A DNA stretch of 49,903 bases, taken from Klebsormidium nitens (taxonomy: Eukaryota > Plantae > Klebsormidiophyceae). Shown in pieces: positions 25,751 to 37,427 of this stretch. Below the pieces are notes generated by a model. It was not told the origin of the DNA and did no database searches. It worked only from the letters and a program-made list of their open reading frames with translations. A program made the translations under genes and the position numbers. How positions within the stretch are numbered: position 1 is the stretch's first letter; every line of letters starts with the position of its first letter. Location of the stretch: the NCBI GenBank assembly GCA_000708835.1, contig DF237574.1, positions 1 to 49,903 of the forward strand. The letters run 5' to 3'.

Positions 25751-27433
25751 TTACTGTCTGTGCACAGAGTGCAAGCGCCGTCGATCTCGTTTAATTCTTT
25801 TCAATCGACGATCACTATTGCAAGAGAATCTTTCAAATCATTCATGCTGTGAGTCTTGATGAGTACACGGCAGTTCTGCGTTGTCTTTCGGGACATATAA
25901 GTCAGGATACCACTGTGATACATTGCAGGGACCCGTAGTTCTTCTGGTTCTGATGGGCTTAGCTGATCCATCAAGGATCGCACTCCAGAACACAAATGCT
26001 GGCAAACTCGCGATTAGTGGGAGAGACTAATTACTGTGCTTGAACGGAGTAGGTTGCATGCAGGATATATAGTTTTGAGCATGCTTCCGTTTCGTTCAAT
26101 CTGGTCCATGCTTAGGTGCAAGAAACATACGGTTTTGTCAGCGCGGAGAGGGGCAAAAAGATAAAAAATCCGACAAAAATAAATCATGACTGAACAGGGG
26201 CCTTTATTTTACATAAATGATGAGAACAGTGAATTAGTACTTTGAGCGCTTGGGTTGATCGAGTCCACTGTAATTGACGTGTTATCAGAGGTCGAAGTGG
26301 GTCACTGCAATCAATCAGTAAACAGGGTGTTGGTACCTTGAACAAACTCTAGCCCAAATCTAGCCATGTAACATGAAAATTGACGTCAGCGTATAAGACA
26401 TCAAAATCATGGGAGACATAGATAGCTAGCCAGCAGGCCAGACTCCGCTTCTACCGCCTAGATATCGCTATCGCGGGAGCCTATCACGTGTAATTCATTT
26501 CCACTGGGTTATGCGATTGGAAAGGTACGATCGATGACGTCAATCATTTAGCTAATAAATAGGCAAGCTTTAGATCTAATACAACTTGTCTATAATCAAT
26601 TGCAACCGAGGAGCATGCTCTGCAAATGCTAGCTGTAAATTTGGACGCCCGGTAAGGCTAGACCTTGCAAGGTCAGCTGCATCATCACGAGGCGTTCACC
26701 AAGAGTCGTGACAAAAGCATGACACGTACCAAATCAAAAGGGTACGTATGATATGCTTTGAGCAAGCTGCTGTAGCGAGAATCGTACAAACGCGCTTTCT
26801 CACTTATTCACATAATTCAACTCTAGCTTATGCAGTCCGCGCTGTGCCCCACGCGGAACCCCTCAGTGTGTAGAGATCCGGGCCTCTGCACGCGAACCTT
26901 TGCGAAGCAAAGAATAGCGACTGTTGGGGAAAACCTCGAGCTGAGCAATATGAGAACTAGGATGAGTGAACTTGAAGCGTGCTTTGTCGCGCAATTGCAA
27001 CGAAGAAGTGTGTCACGGCAAAAACTTTGTGGAGATAAAGGTCTTTGCATCGGGCACAGGTGTGTGGCTGAATGCCTAGTGCAACCAGTCTTTCATCTAT
27101 AGACAGTATTTCCTACCTAGCAAACGAAACCTACCAAAATCCCGACACTAAACGGAGCCAGGGCTACAATAGTACACCAGCAGGAAAATGTTTTGACCGA
27201 GACAATCTCCTCTGCTTACCATGCTGATTCATGCGCGCATACCTTTTGCGAGCATTAGAAAGTCAAAAGATCCAATCGGAGGGTTCAACGTGGAACCTCC
27301 CGTCACCAGAAAGATTAGTTTTACCTTACGCAAGCATGCAGCCTATTTACTACAAACGATAAATACACCACCTAACGCGCACGTACATCCCTTAGAGAGG
27401 CTTTCGATTCCCTCGTCCCTCCCCTTGCTAAGT

Positions 27434-30400
27434 TTACAGCGATATGAGCCGCGCAAGCTTGCCCCACGACTGCTGCTTGGCCAGCCGGCCCGGCTGCGGT
27501 GCGGCCTGCGGCGAGGGCGCCCCCGCGTGCTGGAGGGGCCCTGTGGGCGAGGCCGGCACGGGGAAGCGGTCCTCGCCCAAGTAGAGCAGCCGCACGCGCT
27601 CGTCCCACAGGGCCTGCTTGGCCTTGCTCGCCGCGTCCTCGGTGCGGCGCGCGTCGGCCTCGATGTTGGCTACGAAGCGGGCCTGCCACTGCAGGCTCTC
27701 CAGCAGGTCCCTGCGGGAAACGGAGCGCAGCCGGGTCAGCACCACGCAAGGCTTTAGAACCGGTGCCTCGGCCCTGCCTCGCGCTGGACACGTCACCTTT
27801 ACATTGAGATTCGAATGAATTGAAAGGGGCGTCTAGCCCGTCTAAGCGGTTGCCTTCGCACAAAAAGGCAATCTTCGCTTAGAGCAATATACTAATGCAC
27901 CCACGGTTAGCCCATCTGCATTTTGCTTTGATTCATGGAACCAATGACCAGAATAGAATCGTTTCGTGGTTAGTTGAAGGAACGCCAAAAGCTACGGTAC
28001 TATCTCATGCATCTCATATGCATCAACCTGCAACCAGTGCTTCTCTCTTAAAATGCTTTTGCGCACACCGCCCCGGGGTCTGCCGTCCCCACGTCTATTG
28101 TCTCACACTTTCGTGAGAACCAGAGGCACAAAGCAGCAAGCAGACCGGCCGTGGTGTCAAAGCGCAATCCTTGCGTTTCCCTTTCATCAAGTCGTTGGAG
28201 AAGCGGAAGGTAAGGCGCTCCCCGCTCGCGATCGCCTTCGCCCGGCGATCTTTCGATGCCTGGGTCCGCGGCAAGCCGACTGCTGGGACACAGGCAGTCA
28301 AATGATTGATAAGAAACGGTGGGGGGTCACCTGTAGACTTCGCGCAGGCGCAGCGGCAGCTCCTGCTCGCGCCGCTCGCGCTTGGCGATGTCCTTGAAGG
28401 CGGCGTCCACGGTGTCCCAGTCCAGCTGGCGCAGCAGCCGGTCCACGCTGCCCGGCTCCTGCTCCTCCGACCGCGCCAGCGGGGTGAATGAGCTCGCGGC
28501 CAGGCCCGCGCGGCACTCCTCCTCCACGGCCTTCAGAAACAGCTGCGAACGCAGGGAGGTCTCGTCGGTATTAGCAAAATTGAAGTGTGGTCGTCGGACG
28601 CCCTTCACCGAACAGACGTAATCTACTCATGACATGCAATCACATGTCGTGGGGAATCCAGTAGGGTGAATAGAAGGAAGAGGGAAAGGAAGTGGGCTGC
28701 TCCAGGGAGGCGTCTGGCGAAAAGATCTCGAGATTACGTTGACATTGCCTTGTTAAGTTGCATAAGCCCCCCGGATTCTCGCACATCCAAAACCCAACAG
28801 AGATAACATGCCCCGCACGTGTACCCACCCTAGATCCTCAAACCTAACCCCACCCGTCCTCCGAGCAGAGACCTAACTCAAGGTAGCGTAATTCAACGTA
28901 GACTGGATACGTATGCCAAGCGAGCAGACATGCACCAGATTTGAGCACAAGCGGGCTGCACTTCCGCGCAGTGGGGGGCCCACGGTCACAGTGGGCGGGC
29001 GGCTCACTTTAAGCGCGCTGCGCAGCTGCGTGCTGGAGATCCAGCCGAAGGTGGGCCCCATGCCCTGCTCCTCGCTGAGCCGCATCTGCGTGTTCAGCTT
29101 CTCCACAGCCAGGTTGGCGCGCTCCAGGTTCAGCACTGCGCGCACACCACCAGCACACGCATCAGCATAAATCTGTCGAAAACCATCGAAAGGAGGCCAA
29201 ACCAACAGCTGTCCGTCGCATGGAGTGGATTGAAGTCTTCGGCCAACAATTCTGGTGCCGCACATTGCCCGGGCGAACAAAGATGCAAGCGCCGAATTCG
29301 ACACAACAGAAAAGCGACCGCGTCCACCCTCCTGCGTCCTGCCCTGCGACTGGCCTCTCTGTCTCTCTGCGCACTTGATCGACCGCAGTTTGTCTTTACC
29401 TGCCGAGTCGAGCAGGCGGTGCGCCTCCTTGTGGTGCTCCAACGCCTGCCGCACCTGCCGCTCGCGCTGCGTCAGCTGCTGCACCGTCGCCTCCGCCGCA
29501 TTCTCCGCGGCGTCACCCTTGTCGGGGCCCGCGTACAGCGCATCCAGAATGAGCAACTGCTCGTCCGTCAGCGCCTTCTGCACGCGGCCCTCCGCCTGCG
29601 GAAGAATTAAGGTCAAGGCGTCATGCACAAGACCGGGCTGGAACGCTTAAACCTTGCGGGAACATATTGGGTTGTGCGCAACCGAGAAGAGGCTGATACT
29701 GGGTCATTGTTGGAGCCGTCCACAGGCTGGATCAGGGACATCGCCCCATCAAAATATGGCAGGCTTACTTGTATATTCTCTTCCTGAACAATGCTCAGCT
29801 ACACAAGAAAACACAAGTCTTTTGTTGTTCAAATCGGGTCAGAGTTGGGCTAGGACTCGCGACTGGAACCGCCTCTCTTCGACCCGACCAGACTCCTGTA
29901 ATTTCGACAAAGGCAAAAATGTTGATCGTTGCAATGGGGTCCCAGAAGACTCGTCCTTGAAGAAAATTTATGTGTCTCAAAGACAGACGATTGGGGCGAT
30001 TTATGCACACGAGGAAGGGGCTATCCGAATTTTAAGTGAGGAGAAGACTGAACCACAGCCGAGCCATACGCTGATTCGGCCGGCTGAAGATATCGGAAAC
30101 TTAGTGGACGAACTAGGAGTCGCCTTGCTCTCCTTTGGGGCCATGCTGCAAATAAAACGTCTAAGTCTTCTTGGCGCACTAATTCAAATGGTGATTTCGA
30201 GTGTCAGTTGCATTGCCCTGATTGTTGTTTCCATTGCTGAGGCGATCACACGAAGGTAACAATCTGAAACGCCCCAGCCACCATGGGACAAGAGCTAACT
30301 CTCTCAGGTGCCGCTCATTGGACCTGGGGACCTGGGTATGACAAGCCCTTGAAGGCCTCCTCTAAGATGTTCCATTTAAGAACAGGACATTTGTCCTCAA

Positions 30401-32125
30401 AAGGTGCCCCCCATATTTCAACAGAATTTTACAAAAGAAGAGAGCTCCAATCGATTCGATTACAATCTCAATGCCCACAAGATCAGCAGCCATAGACTAG
30501 CGCCCGGCCCCGGCTCGCACCTCGAGCTTGTCCAGCAGTCGCTGTGGCTCCTCCAGCAGCACGCGGCCCATGTCTTCCTGCGCCACCGCTGCTGCCGCTG
30601 CGTCTCGCGCCGCGTCCAGCTGGCTGTGCAGCAGAGCCAGCTGCTGCTCGTGGCGCGTGGCGCTCTGGAAGAGCGATCGCTTCTCCGCCACCTTGAGAGC
30701 GCGCTCCAGCTTGCTCACGTTCTCACGCGCCGCCACGCGCGCAGCCTCCGCGACGCGCACGTAGTTCAGGAGCCGCTCAACTTCCGCCTGCGCAGGCAGC
30801 AGACGAGGCACCGCATATTGAATAGCTAACTTTGTGCACTTTGACACTGTATGGAATCGAAGATGCCATAATGAAGGGGAGCGAAAGAAATACTTACTTG
30901 CTGCCAGTAGCAGCAAGCAGGATACCACATGTGACAGGGCTTCCCACATTGTCAGAAGGGTCCAAAGGCTGCACAGTATAGAGCAAGAAGTGGTACTCAA
31001 AAAGGTAGTGCGGGTGACCGAGTCCCTCCTGCTAGGGCAACAGTCCCTCCTGCTAGGGCAACAGAGACAGGGCGGCCTGAGCAAGAAAAGGGCGGGGGGG
31101 CCTCACGCGCTGCTCCTCCAGCTTGTCTGCGAGGCCCTCATATGGCGCCAGCTCTATATCCAGCTGCTGGAAGCGCGCCACCTGGCGGGTCTCAAATGTG
31201 CCCCCTGGGATGAACCTGCACGCCCCCGCGTCCCAGTCAGAAGGGGAAGATCTGTTTAACAACGTTTGAATGTGAGTGAGCCGAGGAAGTCTCTCGGCTT
31301 CTGACACAGCCAACAGAACTAAGTAGTAATAGATGTGCAAGTTGGAATGAGGGAAGAGAGCGGAGTAGTGTACCAATCAACCTGAACAGTGACAGACAAC
31401 ATACTTTGGGCGCATAGCCCTCAGCGGCGCTCACTTGGCTCCCTTTGGTGACATGATGGGTTCCGGCGGAAAGTACTGATCATACGCCATAGCATTTGGT
31501 GGGCTCAGCTTCGTGGGGGCATAGAGATCGACATCAGGACGGACCCCTCCTGGCTTAGGAATGGGTAACAGATCCTCCTGCCCCTGTACACCACAGGCGA
31601 AAGTCAGCGAGAGGGGATGGAAAACAATGGACCGGAGGCGCTCCATGCCATGCGCTCGCGAATCGCTCGCGAACTTCTCCAAAGTGTCATCATTCGTGTC
31701 GAACATGTCAGATTACCTACATGTCATTGATCTGACCAGCTGGTGGCCCAAGGGCACTCCTCCTGCATGAGGCCATTCGCCGCACGCCGCACGAATCTCA
31801 AAACAGGGATGGGGAGTGCAACATTGCGAGAAACAAGAGACTGTTTGCTTGTCAAGTTGGCCCGCCGTGCAGCAGCTGGTGTCTCTTTGGACCTGAACTA
31901 TGCAGTAGCGGTCGGTGCGCATCCGAAATTCCTGATCAATACGAAGCCCAATCGCTTCAAACAGGGACCTCTTTGCCCGACCTGCCCCAGCATGCATGGG
32001 GGGGCACTGACCTGCAGATCCTCCAGGCTGCCCAGCTGAACGTGGCCGGTGGGATCATCTGAACCAAAGCCCAGCTTCTTGAACAGGCCCGACAGCGAGA
32101 CGGGGCTGCTTGGGGCCATGTTCAT
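27434..32125 (-). CDS. Uncharacterised coiled-coil protein, multi-exon; some internal exons uncertain
   Basis: In-frame GT-AG exons with GC3-rich codons: 32125-32012, 31583-31435, 31251-31107, 30787-30521, 29595-29400, 29135-29008, 28542-28331, one starting at 28279 (end uncertain), and a last exon from about 27770 to stop 27434. Long Ala/Glu/Arg/Leu helical segments (AEVERLLNYVRVAEAARVAARENVSKLERALK; TVQQLTQRERQVRQALEHHK). I recognise no family. Confidence 0.75.
31021..31062. repeat. 21-bp perfect tandem duplication (AGTCCCTCCTGCTAGGGCAAC x2) in an intron of the coiled-coil gene
   Basis: Read directly at 31021-31041 and 31042-31062. Confidence 0.9.
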
Positions 32126-32304
32126 CGGAGAACGGAAGCGCAACTGGCTGTCCTTTCCAACCCAATCAACAGCGGCAATCTCCAATGCAGGGGCAATGTG
32201 GCTCAGCGAACCATTGGCTAGCAATGTTGCAGGCTGCTCGCAAATACGCTGTAATCGCGACTCATAGATGGTCTCCGTATTTCAATCCTGCTCGAGGAGC
32301 TTCC

Positions 32305-32695
32305 CAGTGATCGTGGCGAAATTGTTTTCGGAAATGCGCGAACACTAATTGCTGAAGCGCAAATTCACCCTAATTGGCGAAATTGGCAAAATTATCTGTA
32401 TGCTCATGACTTTTCGGGCGTCCCAGCCTATGATTTGGTGCCAAAATATGTGATGGTCTGACGCTAACCCACCTATCAGCCGCCTCGAAGGCAGACTGCC
32501 CATACATGGTCAAGTCTGAGCCCAGAATGTCATTGTCACAGGCGTTTTACGCCCGCGCGCCTATGCGCGGCCGCGCGGCCGCGCGGCCGCGCTTAATTTC
32601 GCCAACCTGCGCAAACTGCTCCGTTTGCGCGAATATGCGCAAACAAATGCGCAAACCTAATTGGCGAAATCAATTAGGTTTCGCCACGAACACTG
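32305..32695. mobile_element. Complete non-autonomous hAT-type DNA transposon (MITE), 391 bp
   Basis: 17-bp terminal inverted repeats (TIRs) CAGTGATCGTGGCGAAA (32305-32321) and TTTCGCCACGAACACTG (ending 32695), one mismatch. Exact 8-bp TSD GAGCTTCC at 32297-32304 and 32696-32703. Subterminal CTAATTGGCGAAA at 32370 and 32657. Internal (GCGCGGCC)3 at 32565-32592. No transposase ORF. Confidence 0.92.
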
Positions 32696-33749
32696 GAGCT
32701 TCCCCATGTTGCGCCCAGTCGGAATGCAAGGCCACAGCTCAATGGTCGATCGCATATGCACGACGGAGCCAAAGTGGCAAGCCGCACGCTGAACTACCGT
32801 AGTGTGTTTTCTCAGAATATTGACACGTGGCAGCATGTGAACTTGGTTCAGCACTGCAGACGTCAGGTGCTTCCGTCAGCCTGATTTCGGGATTCTGTAC
32901 GTCACTAGGACGTCAGAACTTAGAAGTTACGAACTAAGTTGGAATCAGGAGCTGGCCTGAATTCGCTTCGCCCAATGCCTGATTTCAGGATCCGTTTGCA
33001 TGAAAGAGACCGTCGATCGATTTGTATAGCTCGACTAAGTACAGCCTAAGAGTGATATGTTCCGGATGAAAGTTCTGCGGTTCATGTTCTCGAAGCTAGC
33101 TTCAATGTCGCACTCATCCGTGGAGCGCTACATTGGCATCCATTCGAAGTGCGGCGCATTCGCAATTCAAACACCCAATTAAAACGCGCCAGTTATCTTC
33201 GAATTCCTCCATGAGAAGCCGCGCTGAAACATTGCTGGACAACTGAGAAAAGGTGCATCATGGGAGGCTCTACACGAACTGATGACAGCTCGCGGAATCC
33301 TTGTTGGCGTGCATCATGCGGGACACAAAGACATGCCACTGCCAGAAAGCTGGCACCTTTGCAATATAGTGATAACCTATGCATGGCTAAGTTCTACGGA
33401 TCAGTCTTGCATTGCTCATAGGATTGGCGCCATCTCCGTCAGAGCACGTTCCCAATGATTGCGCGACCAGATTGTTTTCCAAGGGCATCAATCAACATGT
33501 GCAGAATAGGGGGACCAGGATAAAATTGCCCATCAACATAAGCATAGGTTCTCAACTGCCCGCATGACTTGCGAACCGAGTGAATGAAACTTGCTTCTGA
33601 GGATAAGCGATAGAAAAGACGCGGTTCCATTGACGGAACGTCTTCGAGGGACCTTTGAATCAGACGCCCTCTTCGTATCAGAGAGGCATGGTAGGACTCT
33701 GACCGTTTCGTACAGACAAAAGGACCGCTTCATCGATGTTGTACTTCGG

Positions 33750-36683
33750 TCACCAAGACCCTTCGGCTCCCTTTGTGGGGTCCACGAACGCCTGCAAGGT
33801 CGTCAAGACTTTTAGAGAGCGACAGACGAGGAGACGGGGCGGAGGCCCCCTTTCGCTCATCAGATTCTTAGCATCACCGCGAGAAGCAGAAGGACGCCAG
33901 ACATGCAGAGACAGCAAAAACGCACCTGGTAGCTCCACTCCGAGGCGAGCGCGTACGGCCGCGATATCTCGATGCCCTTTTCCGTAACCTTGGCGACTTG
34001 AACCTGCGCACGAGAGTGAGCTCCGAATCACTCAGCTGCGAAGTCCCCATACACATGCCGGCAGAAAGCTACACTTCAGTGCATACGAGGTTCGGAGCGT
34101 CAATCTTCCGCACAAGCGCAAGTCTATTTGCAGCGATATGGGTTTGAGGAGTAGAGCCGTCGTGCGGGTGGTCACCTTGTTGATGCTCTGCTTGTCGCGG
34201 TAGTAGAGTACCCGCAAGCACTTCTCCAGCAGGGCCACGCCCTCGTCCTGCCACAACGCGCGGCACACGCCACGTCAGCAGCCGCAAAGCAGGGCAGCAC
34301 GGGGCCGGACAATGAGAAGCGTACATACGAAACTGCAGCGAGCACGACTTGACAAGACCTCCATCCATAAGCACTGTCAAAAAGAGGCTTTCTGTCATTG
34401 AAACCCTCCTGGAATTGAGCAAGATGATGGCTCCAACAATGGCTTGGCCGGGCACCAACTGTGCAAGGGGAAGTTCTATATTTGACAAGCAGTCCGGCTG
34501 GTTTCGATTCACAAGTTATGCCGCTGAAAGGACTCCCGGCCACTTGCCTCGGTCATGTCAGGCCGGTGCTCGCTACGGAAGATGGGCCGTGCCAGGTGGT
34601 TGCCGAACCCGGTGGCAACGTGGTCGTCCTCATAAGCGGCGCCAATCATGCCCACTACGCCCAGGAAGCTGCACCAACCGCCGCCGTCAGGCCTAGCAAT
34701 CTTTGAAAAACGTTCAAAGGCACGCTACGGTCTCCTTTTCGATCACGCGACTGAACCTGACAATTCTGATCACCCCATATCTCAGGACAAAAAGCGGTCA
34801 CATGCATAAAAAGCACCACCTGAAACGCCCAACACACCAGCGAAGCAGAGATGCCTTCTGAGCTACCAAAGATGGGTCCCCATGTCGGTCTCGAAGCCAC
34901 CAAATCTGCAATGGTCGCCGATGCAACAGAATCCAACATGCGCTCGCACGGCTTGCTCACACCTTGTTCTGGGGTTCTATAGATTACACACAGACAAACC
35001 TTGATTCCGGTCGACCACTTCCGCTACTCCATGCCTTACCTTTTGCCGTTTTTGACGCCCCCAATGACCAGCGAGTTCCACAGCGGATCGAACTTGTTTC
35101 GCCTGTCCACGAAGCAAAGACCTTTTTGTTGGTAATCAGGGTAGTGCGTTCACTATTGCTTCCACACTGGCAGAGCACGGAGCGGGCGACAAGTACACAG
35201 CTGCACAAGCTTCCCCAGTTATTCTTTCATAAAGCAGAGAAGGCAAAACACAAGTGGAAGTGATTGCTCAAGCTGCAGGAAAGGCCTGGCCTCAAGCAAG
35301 GATACACAAAGGACTGTACGTCGCCCAACGGGTTGGGTATGGTATGCCACCAAGAGCACTTGTACCGGCCCCCAGACTAGCAAATGACACTTGGCAAAGC
35401 ACGAACTCCTAAAAGTAGCTTACCTATTGTACAAGACCCGCGTCAAGTAAGCGTATATCTCCTTTGGATTCAATTGCAAACCATCATCGTGGTTAAAGTC
35501 ATCCGTGCTGCAGACATGAAACCCAGGGGTCAGTCTGCTGGATCACTTCCAAGAGCACTTTCTGAGGGACCTGCGTGCAGGTGGCTGAAGCGAAGAATCG
35601 ACAAAGGAACCACACATGGGCAGAGGCTGAGATTTCGAGCTGAGAGTGAGCCCATGGCCAAGCATGTCAGATTGGGGAACTCACGCAAGTTCCTCTAGAA
35701 GGTTTGAGATGTACTGGTAGTCAGATATTTCTCCGCTCGCCCCTAGCAGTGTGTGGTCGTTCACCTTGTGCAGGCGTTCAATCGACTTATACCGAATGGT
35801 TGAGCCATAGGATGCTGCCACAGAACAACAACTGGATCATCATACTGAAGACCATAAGAGGACCACAAGAAATATTATTTTAAGCAGAACTTGAGGTGTC
35901 TCATTCAAGGATAAGTGGGCCAAGGCTTGAACATTCTTTGAAAGAGACAACGTACGAGATACATGCCTGCAAAAATGTGAGGATGTGGGTGCACTTGTCT
36001 GGCAAGTGCCAAGAGCAATTTCCCATTGCCACCAAATAATAAGCTCAGAACAGGGCATCAAGCCGCTAGATAGTTAGGCTGCCGTCATTGAACACGTGCA
36101 CTCACCCAGCGTGTCTGCCGCTATAAGCACCCCATCCTTGTACTTGATCCCAAGGACAGACGTTCCGGTGACATACGGATCACTGCAGAATGGTCCACAA
36201 GATTTAGGAAGGCAACCAAGAAGGAAGAGTATCGATCAGAAGAAGCGGCCGGTCAAACCTCAGCAATCCAGAACGGCCATGAGGACGTTCTTTACAACAG
36301 TCCACCTGACACTATTCATCACACATGGGCTCAACACTTCCTTGCAGCGACACTAGGAAATTTGTAGCGTAGGACTCCCTGATCGCCTACATGTGAGTAC
36401 GAGTATTTCCAATGTTGGATACTGAAGCATGGTACAATTGTTGCTCAAATCCTTTCACTTCCAATCCAATCCCTATGATGTCGCCGTCCGCCAATTGGAC
36501 AAAGAACGCTCCTTCATCATTCCGTCCTCACTTGGTATGCTTTGCCGGTCCATCGACAGGAACATCAAACTTGTGTCCAGCCGCTCCTGGCACTGATGAC
36601 TCCCCTGCATAAGGCACATGAGCCGCCGGAGGCCCAGGGGCTGGCCCCAGCATGGAAGAGTGCCGCTGCGGAGCAGGAAGCAT
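33750..36683 (-). CDS. PBG1: 20S proteasome subunit beta type-4 (beta7), 9 exons
   Basis: Exons 36683-36532, 36182-36106, 35814-35685, 35507-35424, 35102-35040, 34668-34548, 34247-34176, 34003-33926 and 33791-33750. Translation: propeptide, then HTNDPYVTGTSVLGIKYKDGVLIAADTLASYGSTIRYKSIERL...LGASGEISD...YLTRVLYNRRNKFDPLWNSLVIGG...VATGFGNHLARP...LLEKCLRVLYYRDKQSINK...PTKGAEGSW. Confidence 0.97.
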
Positions 36684-37427
36684 GGTGGCAACAGGCTAGT
36701 CGACAGATTCTATTGCTTGAGAGGGTGGATAGAGCTTTCAATTGACGCCTGTGTCGTGAGCTCGCAATTTGGATAGCGCCAGAACTGAGCAGGGAGAGCT
36801 GTGGACTGCAATCCTGCTGAAGTTTCAACCTGGTCTTCAAGTTGTTGCTCGAGAAGCTGAGCGGAAGTGTCGAGCCAACGAGTTTATCACGTGACCAACT
36901 TCCGGTTCCCGTGATTGGCCAAAGTACACTTCTTTTTCATGGGAACTTTGAAGATTTGAAAATTTGACAAATCAATCCTCAGATAAGTTGTGGCGAGCAC
37001 AAAGCGGGGCAGGGGAACACCCAGGAACACCTCGTGAGCCGATCAAGTGTGATCCTCAACTTCCCCTCAACTTTCTCTATGTCAAGCTCAAGAATCTGTT
37101 TTACTTCTGTATTTCAAACAGATTAGGCTTTCCACAGCAAGGGCGCCAGGATAGTTTGAAGGCTCTGGCAAGTTTTGAGGGCCAGAGCGGTCACGTAGAA
37201 CACGCGGGGACGAGAATGAGCTGAACAAATAGCCTGTGCGAACGCGTCTAGAAGCTTGCTACTTCTGGAGGGCGGGACTTATAAAGCACGCTGTGGGAAG
37301 AAGTGCGGTCGGAGCTTTTTGTTGACCAAACGTAATCCCAAGCAATCCAGCTTTGCCTCTTACTTGCAGTACTTGCGAGGCCTCACAGGCTCAGTAAAGA
37401 TCCGGGCGTCCTTGCCCGGTTGGGGCG
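36684..37427. promoter_or_regulatory. Divergent (likely bidirectional) promoter and 5' UTR region between PBG1 and DIM1
   Basis: 744 bp separate the head-to-head start codons. It contains the palindromic G-box TCACGTGA (36887-36894), an inverted CCAAT (GATTGG, about 36912) and a TATA-like TTATAAA (about 37279). Transcription start sites are not known. Confidence 0.55.

Noticed and set aside
26100-26820. AT-richer intergenic block with the 14-bp palindrome GACCTTGCAAGGTC (26661-26674)
   Set aside because: No termini, ORF or second copy seen; a 7-bp-arm palindrome is not rare enough.
29654-30259. 201-aa plus-strand ORF
   Set aside because: It is antisense within an intron region of the coiled-coil gene, with no codon bias or motif.
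35298-35305. GTATCCTT on the minus strand (U12 donor consensus)
   Set aside because: It lies in the middle of a PBG1 intron already bounded by a canonical GTAAGC donor and AG.
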